This document shows positions 51,281 to 61,772 of a stretch of 63,435 nucleotides of DNA, one piece after another. The notes beneath the pieces were generated by a model, which was given only the letters and a program-made list of their open reading frames with translations, was not told the origin of the DNA and ran no database searches. The stretch's first letter is position 1. Every line of letters begins with the position of its first letter. The stretch is from Patescibacteria group bacterium. Its GTDB lineage: Bacteria; Pseudomonadota; Alphaproteobacteria; Micavibrionales; UBA2020. Position numbers and translations under genes: made by a program. The DNA lies in contig DASPMW010000106.1 of NCBI GenBank assembly GCA_035626855.1, forward strand, positions 1 through 63,435, given 5' to 3'.

Positions 51281-52653
51281 TGCGTATTCTTCTCGCCATC
51301 CTCGCCCTGCTCGCATGCGCGACGCCCGCGCAGGCCAGTCGCGACAAAATCCTCGATATCCAGGTATTGAAAAGCGCAGGCGGCGTGGAAGTCTGGCTGG
51401 TTGAAGACCACTCGGTTCCGGTGGTTTCGCTCAACTTCTCGTTCGAAGGGGGCCTCGGTTTCGATCCGGAAGACAAGCCCGGCGTCGGGCGGCTCGTTTC
51501 GATCCTGCTGGACGAGGGCGCGGAAAAACTGAAGAGCCAGGACTTCCAAGCGAAGCTTTCCGACAACGCAATCAGCATGTCGTTTACCGCAGGGCGCGAT
51601 GCGTTCTACGGCCGCCTCCAGACGCTGTCGAAGAACCGGGACTTGGGCTTCGACCTGCTGCGCATGGCGTTGACCGCGCCGCGGTTCGACCAGGACGCAA
51701 TTGACCGCATGAAGGCCGCGAACGTATCTGAAATCAGCGAGAATATGGGCGACCCGTCCTGGCTGGTCGCGCGCAGCTTTAACGGCATGCTGTTTGAGGG
51801 CCATTATTATTCGCGGCCCGGCTACGGCAATCTTGCCAGCATGGCGACCATCACCCGCCGCGACCTGCAGCAATTCGTGAAGGAGCAGTTCGGCCGCGAC
51901 GTGCTCAAGATCGCGATCGCCGGCGATATTACGCCTGCGCAGGTAAAGGCCGCGGTGGACCACATCTTCGGCGCCCTGCCGGAGAAAGCGGGCAATGTGG
52001 AACTGCCGCCCGCGACCCTCGCCTATGCAGGCAAGACCATCCTGCTGCCGCTTGAGGCGCCGCAGACCTACATTATATCTGCCCAGCCCGCCCTACCCCG
52101 CAATGACAAGGACTGGCACGCGGCGATGATCATGAACTACATCCTTGGCGGCGGCAGCTTCAACGCGCGGCTGATGAAGGAAATCCGGGAGAAGCGCGGC
52201 CTGACCTACGGCGTTTACAGCTCGATCACCAACATGAAGAATGCCGATATCATCCAGGCAAACATGTCCGCCAGCAATGAAAAGGTCGAAGAAGCCGTGC
52301 GCCTGCTGAAAGAATCCTGGGCGAGCATGGCCAAGGACGGCCCGACAGCGGATGAACTCGCCGATGCGAAATCATACCTGACCGGATCGCTACTGCTGCA
52401 ACTGACCTCCACCGGCGATATTTCCGGCGCGCTGAACGATATCCAGCGGGACGGCCTCGGCCCCGACTACATCAACAACCGCAATGCGATGGTGAACGCC
52501 GTATCAATGGCGGATGTAAAACGGGTCTCGGCAAAGCTCCTGCAGGCCGATAAGCTTACGACGATACTCGTTGGCAAGCCAAAGAACATGAATGTAGATA
52601 TCCTGCTGGACCGCCCACCCGGCATGGACGAACCCCCGGCAGAAAAACAATGA
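51280..52653 (+). CDS. M16 peptidase non-catalytic partner subunit
   Basis: M16 fold lacking HxxEH; REKRGLTYGVYS. Confidence 0.9.
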   Translation: MRILLAILALLACATPAQASRDKILDIQVLKSAGGVEVWLVEDHSVPVVSLNFSFEGGLGFDPEDKPGVGRLVSILLDEGAEKLKSQDFQAKLSDNAISMSFTAGRDAFYGRLQTLSKNRDLGFDLLRMALTAPRFDQDAIDRMKAANVSEISENMGDPSWLVARSFNGMLFEGHYYSRPGYGNLASMATITRRDLQQFVKEQFGRDVLKIAIAGDITPAQVKAAVDHIFGALPEKAGNVELPPATLAYAGKTILLPLEAPQTYIISAQPALPRNDKDWHAAMIMNYILGGGSFNARLMKEIREKRGLTYGVYSSITNMKNADIIQANMSASNEKVEEAVRLLKESWASMAKDGPTADELADAKSYLTGSLLLQLTSTGDISGALNDIQRDGLGPDYINNRNAMVNAVSMADVKRVSAKLLQADKLTTILVGKPKNMNVDILLDRPPGMDEPPAEKQ

Positions 52654-54233
52654 AAGAAACCACCAAGCTGAAGAACTGGCAGGCGCTGCGCGACCATCGC
52701 GCCGCGCTGAAAAATACCTCCCTCAAGGCCCTTTTCGCTGCTGACCCCGCCCGCTTTGGTAAGTTGTCGCTCGGGTTGCCGGGTATACTGGTCGATCTTT
52801 CCAAAAACATCATCAACGCAGAAACGCTCGCGCTTCTCGTCGGCCTTGCGGAAGACGCCGGCCTTGAGGCCGCGCGGACCGAGATGTTCCGCGGCGGCAA
52901 GATCAATACGACGGAAAGTCGTGCGGTTCTGCATACCGCACTGCGTGCCCCGAAGGGCAAGGCTGTCAATGTCGACGGGCGGAACGTCGTCACCGAAGTG
53001 CATGCAGTTCTCGACGTGATGCGCAAATTCACGGATGCGGTGCGGGGCGGCGGCTGGCGGGGCCATAGCGGCGATGAAATCACCGATATCGTTAATATCG
53101 GGATCGGCGGCTCGAGCCTCGGCCCGCAGCTTGTGACGCAGGCGCTTGCACCTTATCATCACAAGCGCCTGACGGCGCATTTCGTTGCGAATGTCGAGGC
53201 TTCGGATCTCGCACGGACACTCGAGAAACTGTCGCCGGAAACGACCCTTTTCATCGTCGCCTCGAAAACCTTCACCACGGCGGAGACAATGCAGAATGCG
53301 CATATCGCGCGCGAATGGCTGCTTTCGCACTACAAGGACGATGCCGCGGTCGCCAGGCATTTTGTCGCCGCTTCGACGAATGCTCCAGAAGTCGCAAAAT
53401 TCGGGATTGCGCCAGAAAACATGTTTCCCTTCTGGGACTGGGTGGGCGGGCGCTACAGTGTCTGGTCGGCGATCGGCCTCTCGGTCATGCTGATGATCGG
53501 CGCCGACCGCTTTGCCGAGTTCCTCGGCGGCGGGCATGAAATGGACGAGCATTTCCGCACCACGCCGTTCGAGAAAAATATTCCCGCGCTGCTGGGACTG
53601 ATCGGCGTGTGGTACCGGAACTTCCTCGACTTTCCGGCCTACGCGGTCATACCCTACAACGCCTGCCTTGGCCGGTTGTCCGCCTTCCTTCAGCAGCTCG
53701 ACATGGAAAGCAATGGCAAGGGCGTCACCCGGGAAGGACAGCCCGTCGCGACCGCAACCGGCCCCATGGTTTTCGGGGAACCGGGCACGGATTCCCAGCA
53801 CAGTTTCTTCCAATGGCTGCATCAGGGAACGAGCACCGTGCCTGTTGATTTCATCGCTGCGGTAAAAACGCCCTACGGTAATGCCGACCAGCAGACCATG
53901 CTTCTCGCCAATATGCTCGCACAGTCGGAAGCGCTGATGGCAGGCAAGGAAAACGCTGCGGAACACCACCGCAACTTCACCGGCAACCGGCCATCAACGA
54001 CCATCCTGCTCGATGAGTTGAGCCCGCGTACGCTCGGCATGCTCATCGCGCTATATGAACACAAAGTGTTCGTTCAGGGCATCGTCTGGGGCATCAACAG
54101 CTTCGATCAATGGGGCGTGGAACTAGGCAAGGTGCTCGCAAAGACGCTCGAGGCAGAAATGAAGACGGGCGCGCCCGGTGCCCATGACGCTTCGACCTTA
54201 GGATTATTGAATTATATCAATGTGAAACGCTAA
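52650..54233 (+). CDS. pgi: Glucose-6-phosphate isomerase
   Basis: VNIGIGGS, SKTFTTAET, DWVGGRYSVW, QQLDMESNGK, FDQWGVELGK. Confidence 0.97.
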   Translation: MKETTKLKNWQALRDHRAALKNTSLKALFAADPARFGKLSLGLPGILVDLSKNIINAETLALLVGLAEDAGLEAARTEMFRGGKINTTESRAVLHTALRAPKGKAVNVDGRNVVTEVHAVLDVMRKFTDAVRGGGWRGHSGDEITDIVNIGIGGSSLGPQLVTQALAPYHHKRLTAHFVANVEASDLARTLEKLSPETTLFIVASKTFTTAETMQNAHIAREWLLSHYKDDAAVARHFVAASTNAPEVAKFGIAPENMFPFWDWVGGRYSVWSAIGLSVMLMIGADRFAEFLGGGHEMDEHFRTTPFEKNIPALLGLIGVWYRNFLDFPAYAVIPYNACLGRLSAFLQQLDMESNGKGVTREGQPVATATGPMVFGEPGTDSQHSFFQWLHQGTSTVPVDFIAAVKTPYGNADQQTMLLANMLAQSEALMAGKENAAEHHRNFTGNRPSTTILLDELSPRTLGMLIALYEHKVFVQGIVWGINSFDQWGVELGKVLAKTLEAEMKTGAPGAHDASTLGLLNYINVKR

Positions 54234-54340
54234 ACACTTCTCCAGGTAAAAAGCGTTGCAAATATTAGCTGCATTATGCATAATACTGGCTGTTCTCATT
54301 ACATTTTATAAATCAAAGTTCTTCCCGCGAGGTGTGTGCG

Positions 54341-56572
54341 ATGCAGTTTAAAAAATCGATCAAAAACCTGGTCAATAAGGTATTCGGCCGCGAAGGCACG
54401 AATGAAAACAACCGGTTCAAATTCGAGATCACGCCCGAGCAGGCCTATCGCGCCGGAGACGCGCCCTTTGACAATAAGGTCGTCGAAGATTATCACGGCA
54501 CCCTGGTATCGGACCCCTTCCGTCCCCTCGAAGACCTCGATGCGCCCGTGACGGCTGCCTGGACGGCACGCCAGAACAAGAAGTTTGAAGATTTTATCGC
54601 GGGCAGCGATGCCAGCATCGCGTCGGCATCCGATTTCATGACCAAGGCGCTTGATTACGACCGCGCCAGCCTCCCGGGCCGCTATGGCGATGTCTACTTC
54701 CGCACCTTTCAAAAGGCTCTCGCGCCGCAGGGCGTGGTGCAGGTGGGAGCGAGCGAGAACGGCCCCTGGGACACGATCCTCGACCCCAACACGCTCAGCG
54801 CCGACGGCACGGTCGCATTGTCGGGCTGGTCGCCATCGAAGGATGGCAAGCGTATCATTTATATGACGTCCGAAGCCGGCAGCGACGAGCAAACGGTGCA
54901 TATCTATGACGTCGAAAAGCGCGAGACGATGGCGGATAAGATCGAAAAGGCCCGCTTTACCGGCGTGTTGTGGGACAAGGACAGCCATGACAGCTTTCAG
55001 TACACCTATCCGAAGCATGACGACACCCGCCGCACCTTCATCAAGCACCATTTGATCGGCGAAAGCCAGGAACAGGACAAGGTCGTGATGGACGCCCTGC
55101 CGGAGGCCGACACCTTCCTCGGCCCGTCGCGCCTGAAGACTGCGAAATATGAATGGGTGCATGTCAGCGTCGGCACCGACAAGAACAGCGGGCTGATGTT
55201 CCGCCCTTATGGCAGCAATGAAGAGTTCAAGGTGCTGCTGGAGCCCAAACAGACATCGATCGACATCGTTGCCGAACTGGCTGACGGCCAGGTGCTGGCG
55301 GTAACGACCAAAAATGCGCCGCATGGCAAGCTTGTGAAATTCGACCCCCGCGACCCTGCGGAGGAAAAATGGCTCACGGTTATTCCGGAGAACAAGGACG
55401 ACCTGCTCGGCAGCGCGATGCTGCACAAGGGCAAGCTGTTCGCGTTCTACTCGCATGACACGGCCGATGCCGTCCGGGTCTACACGCCGGAAGGACAGCA
55501 CCTTCATGACATGCCGCTGCCCGTCCAGAGCTCGGCCGGCTACGCGAAAGTGAACGAAGAAGACGACAAGTTCACGATGCGCATTTCCGGCTTTAAATCG
55601 CCAGGCGACACCTACAGCTATGATATCGAGAAGAACGAGTTGACTTTTGTGGCCAAGACCACCGCCCCCTTCGACCTCAACGAAGCGATCGTCGAGCGGC
55701 GTCATGCTGTTTCGAAGGACGGGACGAAGGTGCCCTATACCATGATCCGCCTGCCGGAAACGGAACTGGACGGCACCGCCGCGACAAAACTCTACGGTTA
55801 CGGCGGCTTCAATATCGCGCTGGAACCCGGCTATTCCAACGGCGTCGCGCATTTCGTCAAGTCGGGGGGCATCTATGTCCAGGCCAACCTGCGCGGCGGT
55901 GGCGAGTTCGGCGAAGAGTGGTATAACGGCGGCCGACGCGAGAACAAGCAGAACGTGTTCGATGATTTCGCCGCGATCGCAGAAGACCTGCAGAAGCATA
56001 AATACACCTCCCCCGAGCGCCTCGTCATCAACGGCGGCAGCAATGGCGGCCTGCTCACGGCTGCGACGATGCTGCAGCGCCCCGAGCTGTTCGGCGCTGT
56101 CATCACCGAAGTGGGCGTCGAAGACATGTTCCGTTTCCATCTCGCGACCTATGGTGCCGCCTGGAAATCCGATTACGGCGATCCCGGCGTGAAGGAAGAC
56201 TTCAACGTTTCGGCGAAATACTCCCCGCTGCACAACGTCAAGCCGGGTGCGAAATACCCGCCGCACCTGATCAAGACGGCGGACCATGACGACCGCGTCG
56301 TTCCCTGGCATTCGTTTAAGCTTGCGGCGACGCTGCAGGCGCGCAGTGACAGCAATAACGTCACGCTGATGCGGGTCGAGGAACGCGCGGGCCACGGCGC
56401 GGGCAAACCGACCGCCAAGGTCATCCAGGCCTATGCCGAAAGCTTCGCCTTCATCGAAAAGGCCATCGGCCCGGTGAATCAGAACGACTATAAGGCGCAG
56501 TTGGCGGCGAAAGCAGCCAAAACGCCGAAATGGAAGAAGGCGCTTGGCCTCGGCGGCAACAAGGCGGCATGA
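54341..56572 (+). CDS. Prolyl oligopeptidase (S9A)
   Basis: DPFRPLED, ANLRGGGEFG, GGSNGGLL, DDRV, GHG triad motifs. Confidence 0.93.
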   Translation: MQFKKSIKNLVNKVFGREGTNENNRFKFEITPEQAYRAGDAPFDNKVVEDYHGTLVSDPFRPLEDLDAPVTAAWTARQNKKFEDFIAGSDASIASASDFMTKALDYDRASLPGRYGDVYFRTFQKALAPQGVVQVGASENGPWDTILDPNTLSADGTVALSGWSPSKDGKRIIYMTSEAGSDEQTVHIYDVEKRETMADKIEKARFTGVLWDKDSHDSFQYTYPKHDDTRRTFIKHHLIGESQEQDKVVMDALPEADTFLGPSRLKTAKYEWVHVSVGTDKNSGLMFRPYGSNEEFKVLLEPKQTSIDIVAELADGQVLAVTTKNAPHGKLVKFDPRDPAEEKWLTVIPENKDDLLGSAMLHKGKLFAFYSHDTADAVRVYTPEGQHLHDMPLPVQSSAGYAKVNEEDDKFTMRISGFKSPGDTYSYDIEKNELTFVAKTTAPFDLNEAIVERRHAVSKDGTKVPYTMIRLPETELDGTAATKLYGYGGFNIALEPGYSNGVAHFVKSGGIYVQANLRGGGEFGEEWYNGGRRENKQNVFDDFAAIAEDLQKHKYTSPERLVINGGSNGGLLTAATMLQRPELFGAVITEVGVEDMFRFHLATYGAAWKSDYGDPGVKEDFNVSAKYSPLHNVKPGAKYPPHLIKTADHDDRVVPWHSFKLAATLQARSDSNNVTLMRVEERAGHGAGKPTAKVIQAYAESFAFIEKAIGPVNQNDYKAQLAAKAAKTPKWKKALGLGGNKAA

Positions 56573-57159
56573 GCGACGTCATCTTCTACGACACCGAATT
56601 CACCACCTGGGAAGGTGCGATGGAGCGCGACTGGTCAGGCCCGAATGAATACCGGGAACTCGTCCAGATCGGTGCGGTGCGCTTTGACCGCGACACGCTC
56701 GTCGAAAAGGAGGAATTTCTCGTTCTGATCAAGCCCGTCAAAAATCCGCTATTGTCGGAATTTTTTACGCAGTTGACTGGCATCACCAACGAGCATGTTG
56801 CAAGGGACGGCCTGGCGTTTCCGGACGCCTACGACAAGTTTCTCGCCTTCACCGAAGGCGACGAAACGTCCTGCTACGGCTGGGATGCGCGGGTCATGCG
56901 CGAGAACCTCGCCTTCAACGGGATGCCCGCGTCGGAAGCGGAATTTGACAGCCACAATATCGGGCCGTGGTTTTTCGAGGTCGGCGCGCCCTATGGCATT
57001 ATCAAGGGCAAGACCAATTCGGGCAGGCTGGCCGCGACGCTCGGCGCGCCGATCACATCCATTCAGGAACATAACGCCCTGCACGACGCGCGATCCATCG
57101 CAGCCGCATACCGTTTTCTGATCCAGAAGGGGGCGAAAAGCCCGTTCGACACCTTATGA
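56569..57159 (+). CDS. DEDDh 3'-5' exonuclease
   Basis: YDTEFT, VQIGAV, LTGIT, HNALHDA. Confidence 0.85.
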   Translation: MSDVIFYDTEFTTWEGAMERDWSGPNEYRELVQIGAVRFDRDTLVEKEEFLVLIKPVKNPLLSEFFTQLTGITNEHVARDGLAFPDAYDKFLAFTEGDETSCYGWDARVMRENLAFNGMPASEAEFDSHNIGPWFFEVGAPYGIIKGKTNSGRLAATLGAPITSIQEHNALHDARSIAAAYRFLIQKGAKSPFDTL

Positions 57160-57866
57160 GTTTATTCAACCGCAAATCTGCCGAGGCCAGAAAGAAAGAC
57201 GCGCGTGACCGCATCCTGCGCAGTCTGGGAGAAGCGACGCGCGACGGCAACCTGGTCGCCATTTACAGTTGCTTCATGAACCTGACCGCCGGCAAACACC
57301 TGGATGCACCCGAGGCGCCCTTTGTGGTGAGCGGCGCAATTGAAAGCACGGCCCGGCGTAATTTTGACGAAGGGCTCGGCATGGCAATTTATGCGCTGAA
57401 CACGATGTCTCACCCGCAGATGACGCCGTTTCTCGTCGACAAGACCTTTTCCCTGATCGACCGCGCGGATCGGGCGAACATGAAGCAGATGGCATCCGTG
57501 GCGATGGCGGCCGGCCTGATCGTGCAGCAGGTCGTTCCTCACGCGCTTGAGCACAAGCGTGCGATCGAGGCGTGGAACGCGGCGGTGGATACGCTGGCGG
57601 CAAACAAGGCGGGACTGCAATATGCCTTCGCCGCTGTGAGCAACGCCGCGCTGGGCGATGGAAACCTTGCCGGACCCCTCGCCCGCATCGGAATAGATAA
57701 ATGGGAAAAGATCGTGACCGACCTTGCGAAATCGGACCGCAAGGGCGCATTTAACGAAGTCGCGCGCGTCGCGACTGGCTACACAAATTTCGGCCCGCAG
57801 GCCTATGACTTCCAGAACCGCGCCATGACCGTTCTTGACAAGATCGCCCGCGGCGGGAAATTCTAA
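57156..57866 (+). CDS. Hypothetical all-helical protein (236 aa)
   Basis: ATGA-coupled to the exonuclease; host-like codon usage. Confidence 0.7.
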   Translation: MSLFNRKSAEARKKDARDRILRSLGEATRDGNLVAIYSCFMNLTAGKHLDAPEAPFVVSGAIESTARRNFDEGLGMAIYALNTMSHPQMTPFLVDKTFSLIDRADRANMKQMASVAMAAGLIVQQVVPHALEHKRAIEAWNAAVDTLAANKAGLQYAFAAVSNAALGDGNLAGPLARIGIDKWEKIVTDLAKSDRKGAFNEVARVATGYTNFGPQAYDFQNRAMTVLDKIARGGKF

Positions 57867-57876
57867 ACAGCCGTCG

Positions 57877-59679
57877 TTACTCGTCGTTCATGCGCAATGC
57901 CGCGATAAAGGCGGACTGCGGAATTTCGACGTTGCCGTGCTGGCGCATCTTCTTCTTGCCCTCTTTTTGCTTGTCGAGCAATTTCCGTTTACGGCTGATA
58001 TCGCCGCCATAGCATTTCGCCGTGACGTCCTTGCGCAGCGCTGAGATGTCCTCGCGCGCGACAATCTTGCCGCCGATCGATGCCTGGACGGCGATCTTGA
58101 ACAGCTGGCGCGGGATGAGGTCTTTCAGCCGCTCGCATAACTGGCGCCCGCGTCGTTCCGCTTGGCTCCGGTGGACGATCATCGACAGCGCATCCAGTGG
58201 GTCACCGTTAACAAGGATGTTCAGGCGCACAAGTTCGCCTTCCTCGAAGCCATCAAGCACGTAATCCATCGACGCATAGCCGCGCGATATGGACTTCAAC
58301 CGGTCGTAGAAATCGAAAACCACTTCGTTCAGCGGTAGACGGTAAATCGCCATTGCCCGGCTGCCGACCCAAGTCAGCTCGACCTGCACACCGCGCCGTT
58401 CCTGACAGAGCGTGAGGATGGAGCCGAGATATTCGTCGGGCACGAAGATCGTCGCCTTGATCCACGGTTCCTCGATCTTCGCGATGCGCACGACATCGGG
58501 CATGTCGGCGGGGTTGTAAAGCTCCATCACCTCGCCGTTCGTCAGGTGGATCTTATAAACCACCGAAGGCGCGGTAGGAATTAGGTCTAGGTTGTATTCG
58601 CGCTGCAGGCGTTCCTGGATAATCTCGAGGTGCAGCAGCCCAAGGAAGCCGCAACGGAATCCCATACCGAGTGCGGTCGAGTTTTCCGGCTCGTGATGCA
58701 GGGAGGCGTCGTTCAGCGCGAGCTTGCCCAGGCTGTCGCGCAGTTTTTCAAATTCGGATGAATCGACCGGGAACAGCGAGCAGAAAACCATCGGCACGGA
58801 AGGCTTGAAGCCCGGCAGGCGTTCCGGCGTCGGGTTGCGGTCGTTGGTGATCGTATCGCCGATCTTGGTCTCGCCGATGTTCTTGATGCCGCAGGTGACG
58901 AAGCCAATTTCACCCGGCTTCAATTCATTGGTGATGACGTGCTTGGGCGTAAACACGCCGACGCGATCGGCTTCATAGGCTGCGCCGTTGCTCATGAAGC
59001 GCAGCTTGTCCTTCACCTTCAGCGTGCCTTCAACGACGCGCAGCAGAACGACGACGCCCAGATAGGCGTCATACCAGCTGTCAACCAGTAGCGCCTTCAG
59101 GATCGCGTTCGGGTCCCCCTTTGGCGGCGGCAGGCGCGTGACAACAGCCTCGAGCAGGTCGTCGATGCCGATGCCCGATTTCGCAGAGGTCAGCACGGCG
59201 TCGGATGCATCAATGCCGATCACATCCTCGATCTGGCGCTTCACGCGGTCCGGCTCGGCGGCGGGAAGGTCGATTTTATTGATGACCGGAATGATTTCGA
59301 GATTGTTGTCGATCGCCTGATAGACGTTGGCGAGCGTCTGTGCCTCCACCCCCTGCGACGCGTCCACCACCAGGAGCGCGCCCTCGCAGGCGGCAAGCGA
59401 ACGGGAGACTTCATAGGCAAAGTCGACGTGCCCCGGCGTATCCATGAGGTTCAGCTGATAGGTCTCGCCGTCTTTCGCCTTGTACATAAGCCGCACGGTC
59501 TGCGCCTTGATGGTGATCCCGCGTTCGCGTTCGATCTCCATATTATCCAGGATCTGCTCCTTCATCTCCCGCGCTTCCAGCCCGCCGCAACGCTGGATGA
59601 TGCGGTCCGCGAGGGTTGACTTGCCGTGGTCGATATGGGCAATAATCGAGAAGTTCCGGATATGCTTATGTTCTGTCAT
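57877..59679 (-). CDS. lepA: Translation elongation factor 4
   Basis: [51 protein letters not shown]. Confidence 0.98.
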   Translation of the reverse strand: MTEHKHIRNFSIIAHIDHGKSTLADRIIQRCGGLEAREMKEQILDNMEIERERGITIKAQTVRLMYKAKDGETYQLNLMDTPGHVDFAYEVSRSLAACEGALLVVDASQGVEAQTLANVYQAIDNNLEIIPVINKIDLPAAEPDRVKRQIEDVIGIDASDAVLTSAKSGIGIDDLLEAVVTRLPPPKGDPNAILKALLVDSWYDAYLGVVVLLRVVEGTLKVKDKLRFMSNGAAYEADRVGVFTPKHVITNELKPGEIGFVTCGIKNIGETKIGDTITNDRNPTPERLPGFKPSVPMVFCSLFPVDSSEFEKLRDSLGKLALNDASLHHEPENSTALGMGFRCGFLGLLHLEIIQERLQREYNLDLIPTAPSVVYKIHLTNGEVMELYNPADMPDVVRIAKIEEPWIKATIFVPDEYLGSILTLCQERRGVQVELTWVGSRAMAIYRLPLNEVVFDFYDRLKSISRGYASMDYVLDGFEEGELVRLNILVNGDPLDALSMIVHRSQAERRGRQLCERLKDLIPRQLFKIAVQASIGGKIVAREDISALRKDVTAKCYGGDISRKRKLLDKQKEGKKKMRQHGNVEIPQSAFIAALRMNDE

Positions 59680-59740
59680 AATCTTTTCGTCTGGTTGGGC
59701 GATGCGGCAGAATAAAGCCTTGTTTTAGTTGGTGCAAGCA

Positions 59741-60571
59741 ATGAAGTCTTCGTTCCGCCGCGGCGTTTTTATTTTCCTTATTGCCGCTCTTTTTAGCGGT
59801 ATTCCAAGCGCAGCGCAAGCATCAGAGCCCGTTCCTGAAAAGATCCAGCGCAACTGGGCCGCGCCCGACTGCGGCAAATACGACGAAGCCCTTGTCCTGA
59901 GCCGCTTTTTCTACTTTCGCTCGACGAAAAAAGACATGACCCTCCTCCCCGCCGCGCTTGAGGGAAAACAGGGGGATTACTGGCAACTGGAACTGGGAAA
60001 CGACCTTGCCCCCGTGAAGCTTGAAGAGGACGGCGTCCTTAAAATCGGTATCATTGCCGCCGGCAGCAAGAAATCGCAGAAGTGGGATGGCCTTACCCTC
60101 GACAGCACCGAGGAATATATGGGCTGCGTCACTCCGCCGAAGCTGCTGCCGAAGCAGATGATCCGGCTGATGCGCTATATCGACCGCATCAAGCTGCAAT
60201 GCACGGTGTCGGTCACGAATGAATGCGCCGGCGTGCTCTTCAAGCTGGCCGATGAAGACAGCGACAAGAAGGTGACGAAGAAGGAGATTCAGCGCGCGGT
60301 TGCGGCCACGATCATCTTTGCCGAACTCGCCGAACGGCAAACGGTGAGTGACAAGGACTCGGTCGCGTTGATAAAAAAATCGCAGGCGGATGGCGGTAGC
60401 ATCGCCGATGAGCTGATTGCGACCTACGACAAGGACAAATCCAAGAGCCTTGACTACAACGAGCTCATGGAAGACTTCCATGCACCGTCCCTGCCGATCG
60501 TAAAGGTAACGCTGAATAAAGCGGGAGCCTTGTTGCCGTCCTTCAAGGTCGTCGCGATGGGGCTGGATTGA
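59741..60571 (+). CDS. Secreted hypothetical protein with two EF-hand-like loops
   Basis: Signal peptide; DEDSDKKVTKKE and DKDKSKSLDYNE. Confidence 0.65.
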   Translation: MKSSFRRGVFIFLIAALFSGIPSAAQASEPVPEKIQRNWAAPDCGKYDEALVLSRFFYFRSTKKDMTLLPAALEGKQGDYWQLELGNDLAPVKLEEDGVLKIGIIAAGSKKSQKWDGLTLDSTEEYMGCVTPPKLLPKQMIRLMRYIDRIKLQCTVSVTNECAGVLFKLADEDSDKKVTKKEIQRAVAATIIFAELAERQTVSDKDSVALIKKSQADGGSIADELIATYDKDKSKSLDYNELMEDFHAPSLPIVKVTLNKAGALLPSFKVVAMGLD

Positions 60572-60767
60572 TCGTCCGAAATGGGGCTCTCAAACCCGCA
60601 GCGCTGCTTTTACTATTGCTGCACGAGGAAACCTCAGCGGCTATGTATAGCGGCGCACCGGAATGGAAAACACCCGAAGAAGTAGTTTGCAAGGGCTTGC
60701 CCGGTGGAGACTGGGTGCATAGTGAGTATAATGTATCTTGCGCAATCGTGAATTAGACGGGACAGAA

Positions 60768-61766
60768 TTAAGTCTTTTGAGCGCCGGTCGCTCGCTTTAG
60801 CCGGTCATTGATTGCAACGCCAAGGCCCACGTCCGGAATGTCCATCACCGCAATACTGTTAAATCCCCCTCCGTCGAGCTGATGCAGCATCGAAAACAGG
60901 TTGGCGGCAGCGGTGGTCAGGTCGCCGGTCTCGCTCAAATTCAGCAGAGCGCCATCCGGCAGATCACGCGCGGCGCCGCCGCCGCGAATGCCCATGAAGC
61001 GGATGGAGCCGAAAGCCAGCAATGCCTCGCCCGGAGCGACATCGACCGCCTTGAGACGTAGCGGGGTTTTCGGCGCGTAATGATTCAGCAGTTGTCCGGG
61101 CGACCTGGGGGCATCGCTGACGGCTTCAAACTCGATAGCTATCTTTGCGCCCAACTGCATCTCGATCTCGTCGCGCGTAACGCCGCCGGGGCGAAGCATG
61201 ACGGGTGTTATTCCCGTCAGGTCCAGCACAGTTGATTCCAGTCCGACCACAGCCTTTCCCCCCGCCAGGATAAGCCCCGCGCGATCTCCGAGGCTGTTCG
61301 CGACGTGTTGGGGCGTCGTTGGGCTGAGCGTGCCGGAGGCGTTGGCGCTCGGCGCCGCAATGGGCCGCCCGAGCGCAGCTATGAGCGCGCGCGCTATCGG
61401 ATGCACCGGGGCGCGAACGGCTTGCGACGGCAACCCCGCGCTTGTTAGCAGGGACAGGCCGGCATCCGCGCGGCGAGGCAAAATCAATGTCAGGGGGCCG
61501 GGCCAGAAGATGCTCGCAAGCAGGGCAGCCCGGTCGTCGAACGTAACGATTTTTTCGGCCTCGACCTTATCATTCACATGGACGATCACGGGGTTGAAGC
61601 TGGGCCGGCCTTTGGCCTCAAAAATTTTGGCGACCGCGCTGTCATTTGTGGCATCGGCGCCGAGGCCGTAAACCGTCTCGGTAGGAAAGGCGACGAGCTC
61701 TCCTGCGCGCAGGCGGTTAGCCGCGCGCAGGATATTCTCTTCGGTGGGGTTCATTATCTCGGGCAT
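60768..61766 (-). CDS. sua5: L-threonylcarbamoyladenylate synthase (Sua5-type)
   Basis: VAFPTETVYGLGAD, KGRPSFNP, APSAN, SPGQLLNHYAP. Confidence 0.93.
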   Translation of the reverse strand: MPEIMNPTEENILRAANRLRAGELVAFPTETVYGLGADATNDSAVAKIFEAKGRPSFNPVIVHVNDKVEAEKIVTFDDRAALLASIFWPGPLTLILPRRADAGLSLLTSAGLPSQAVRAPVHPIARALIAALGRPIAAPSANASGTLSPTTPQHVANSLGDRAGLILAGGKAVVGLESTVLDLTGITPVMLRPGGVTRDEIEMQLGAKIAIEFEAVSDAPRSPGQLLNHYAPKTPLRLKAVDVAPGEALLAFGSIRFMGIRGGGAARDLPDGALLNLSETGDLTTAAANLFSMLHQLDGGGFNSIAVMDIPDVGLGVAINDRLKRATGAQKT

Positions 61767-61772
61767 TTGGGA

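Noticed and set aside
51280-52653. M16 peptidase lacking HxxEH as a novel pseudoenzyme
   Set aside because: Active plus inactive M16 pairs are the normal heterodimeric arrangement.
60568-60756. 62-aa ORF after the EF-hand-like gene
   Set aside because: TTG start, atypical codon usage and no motif; may be non-coding or a remnant.
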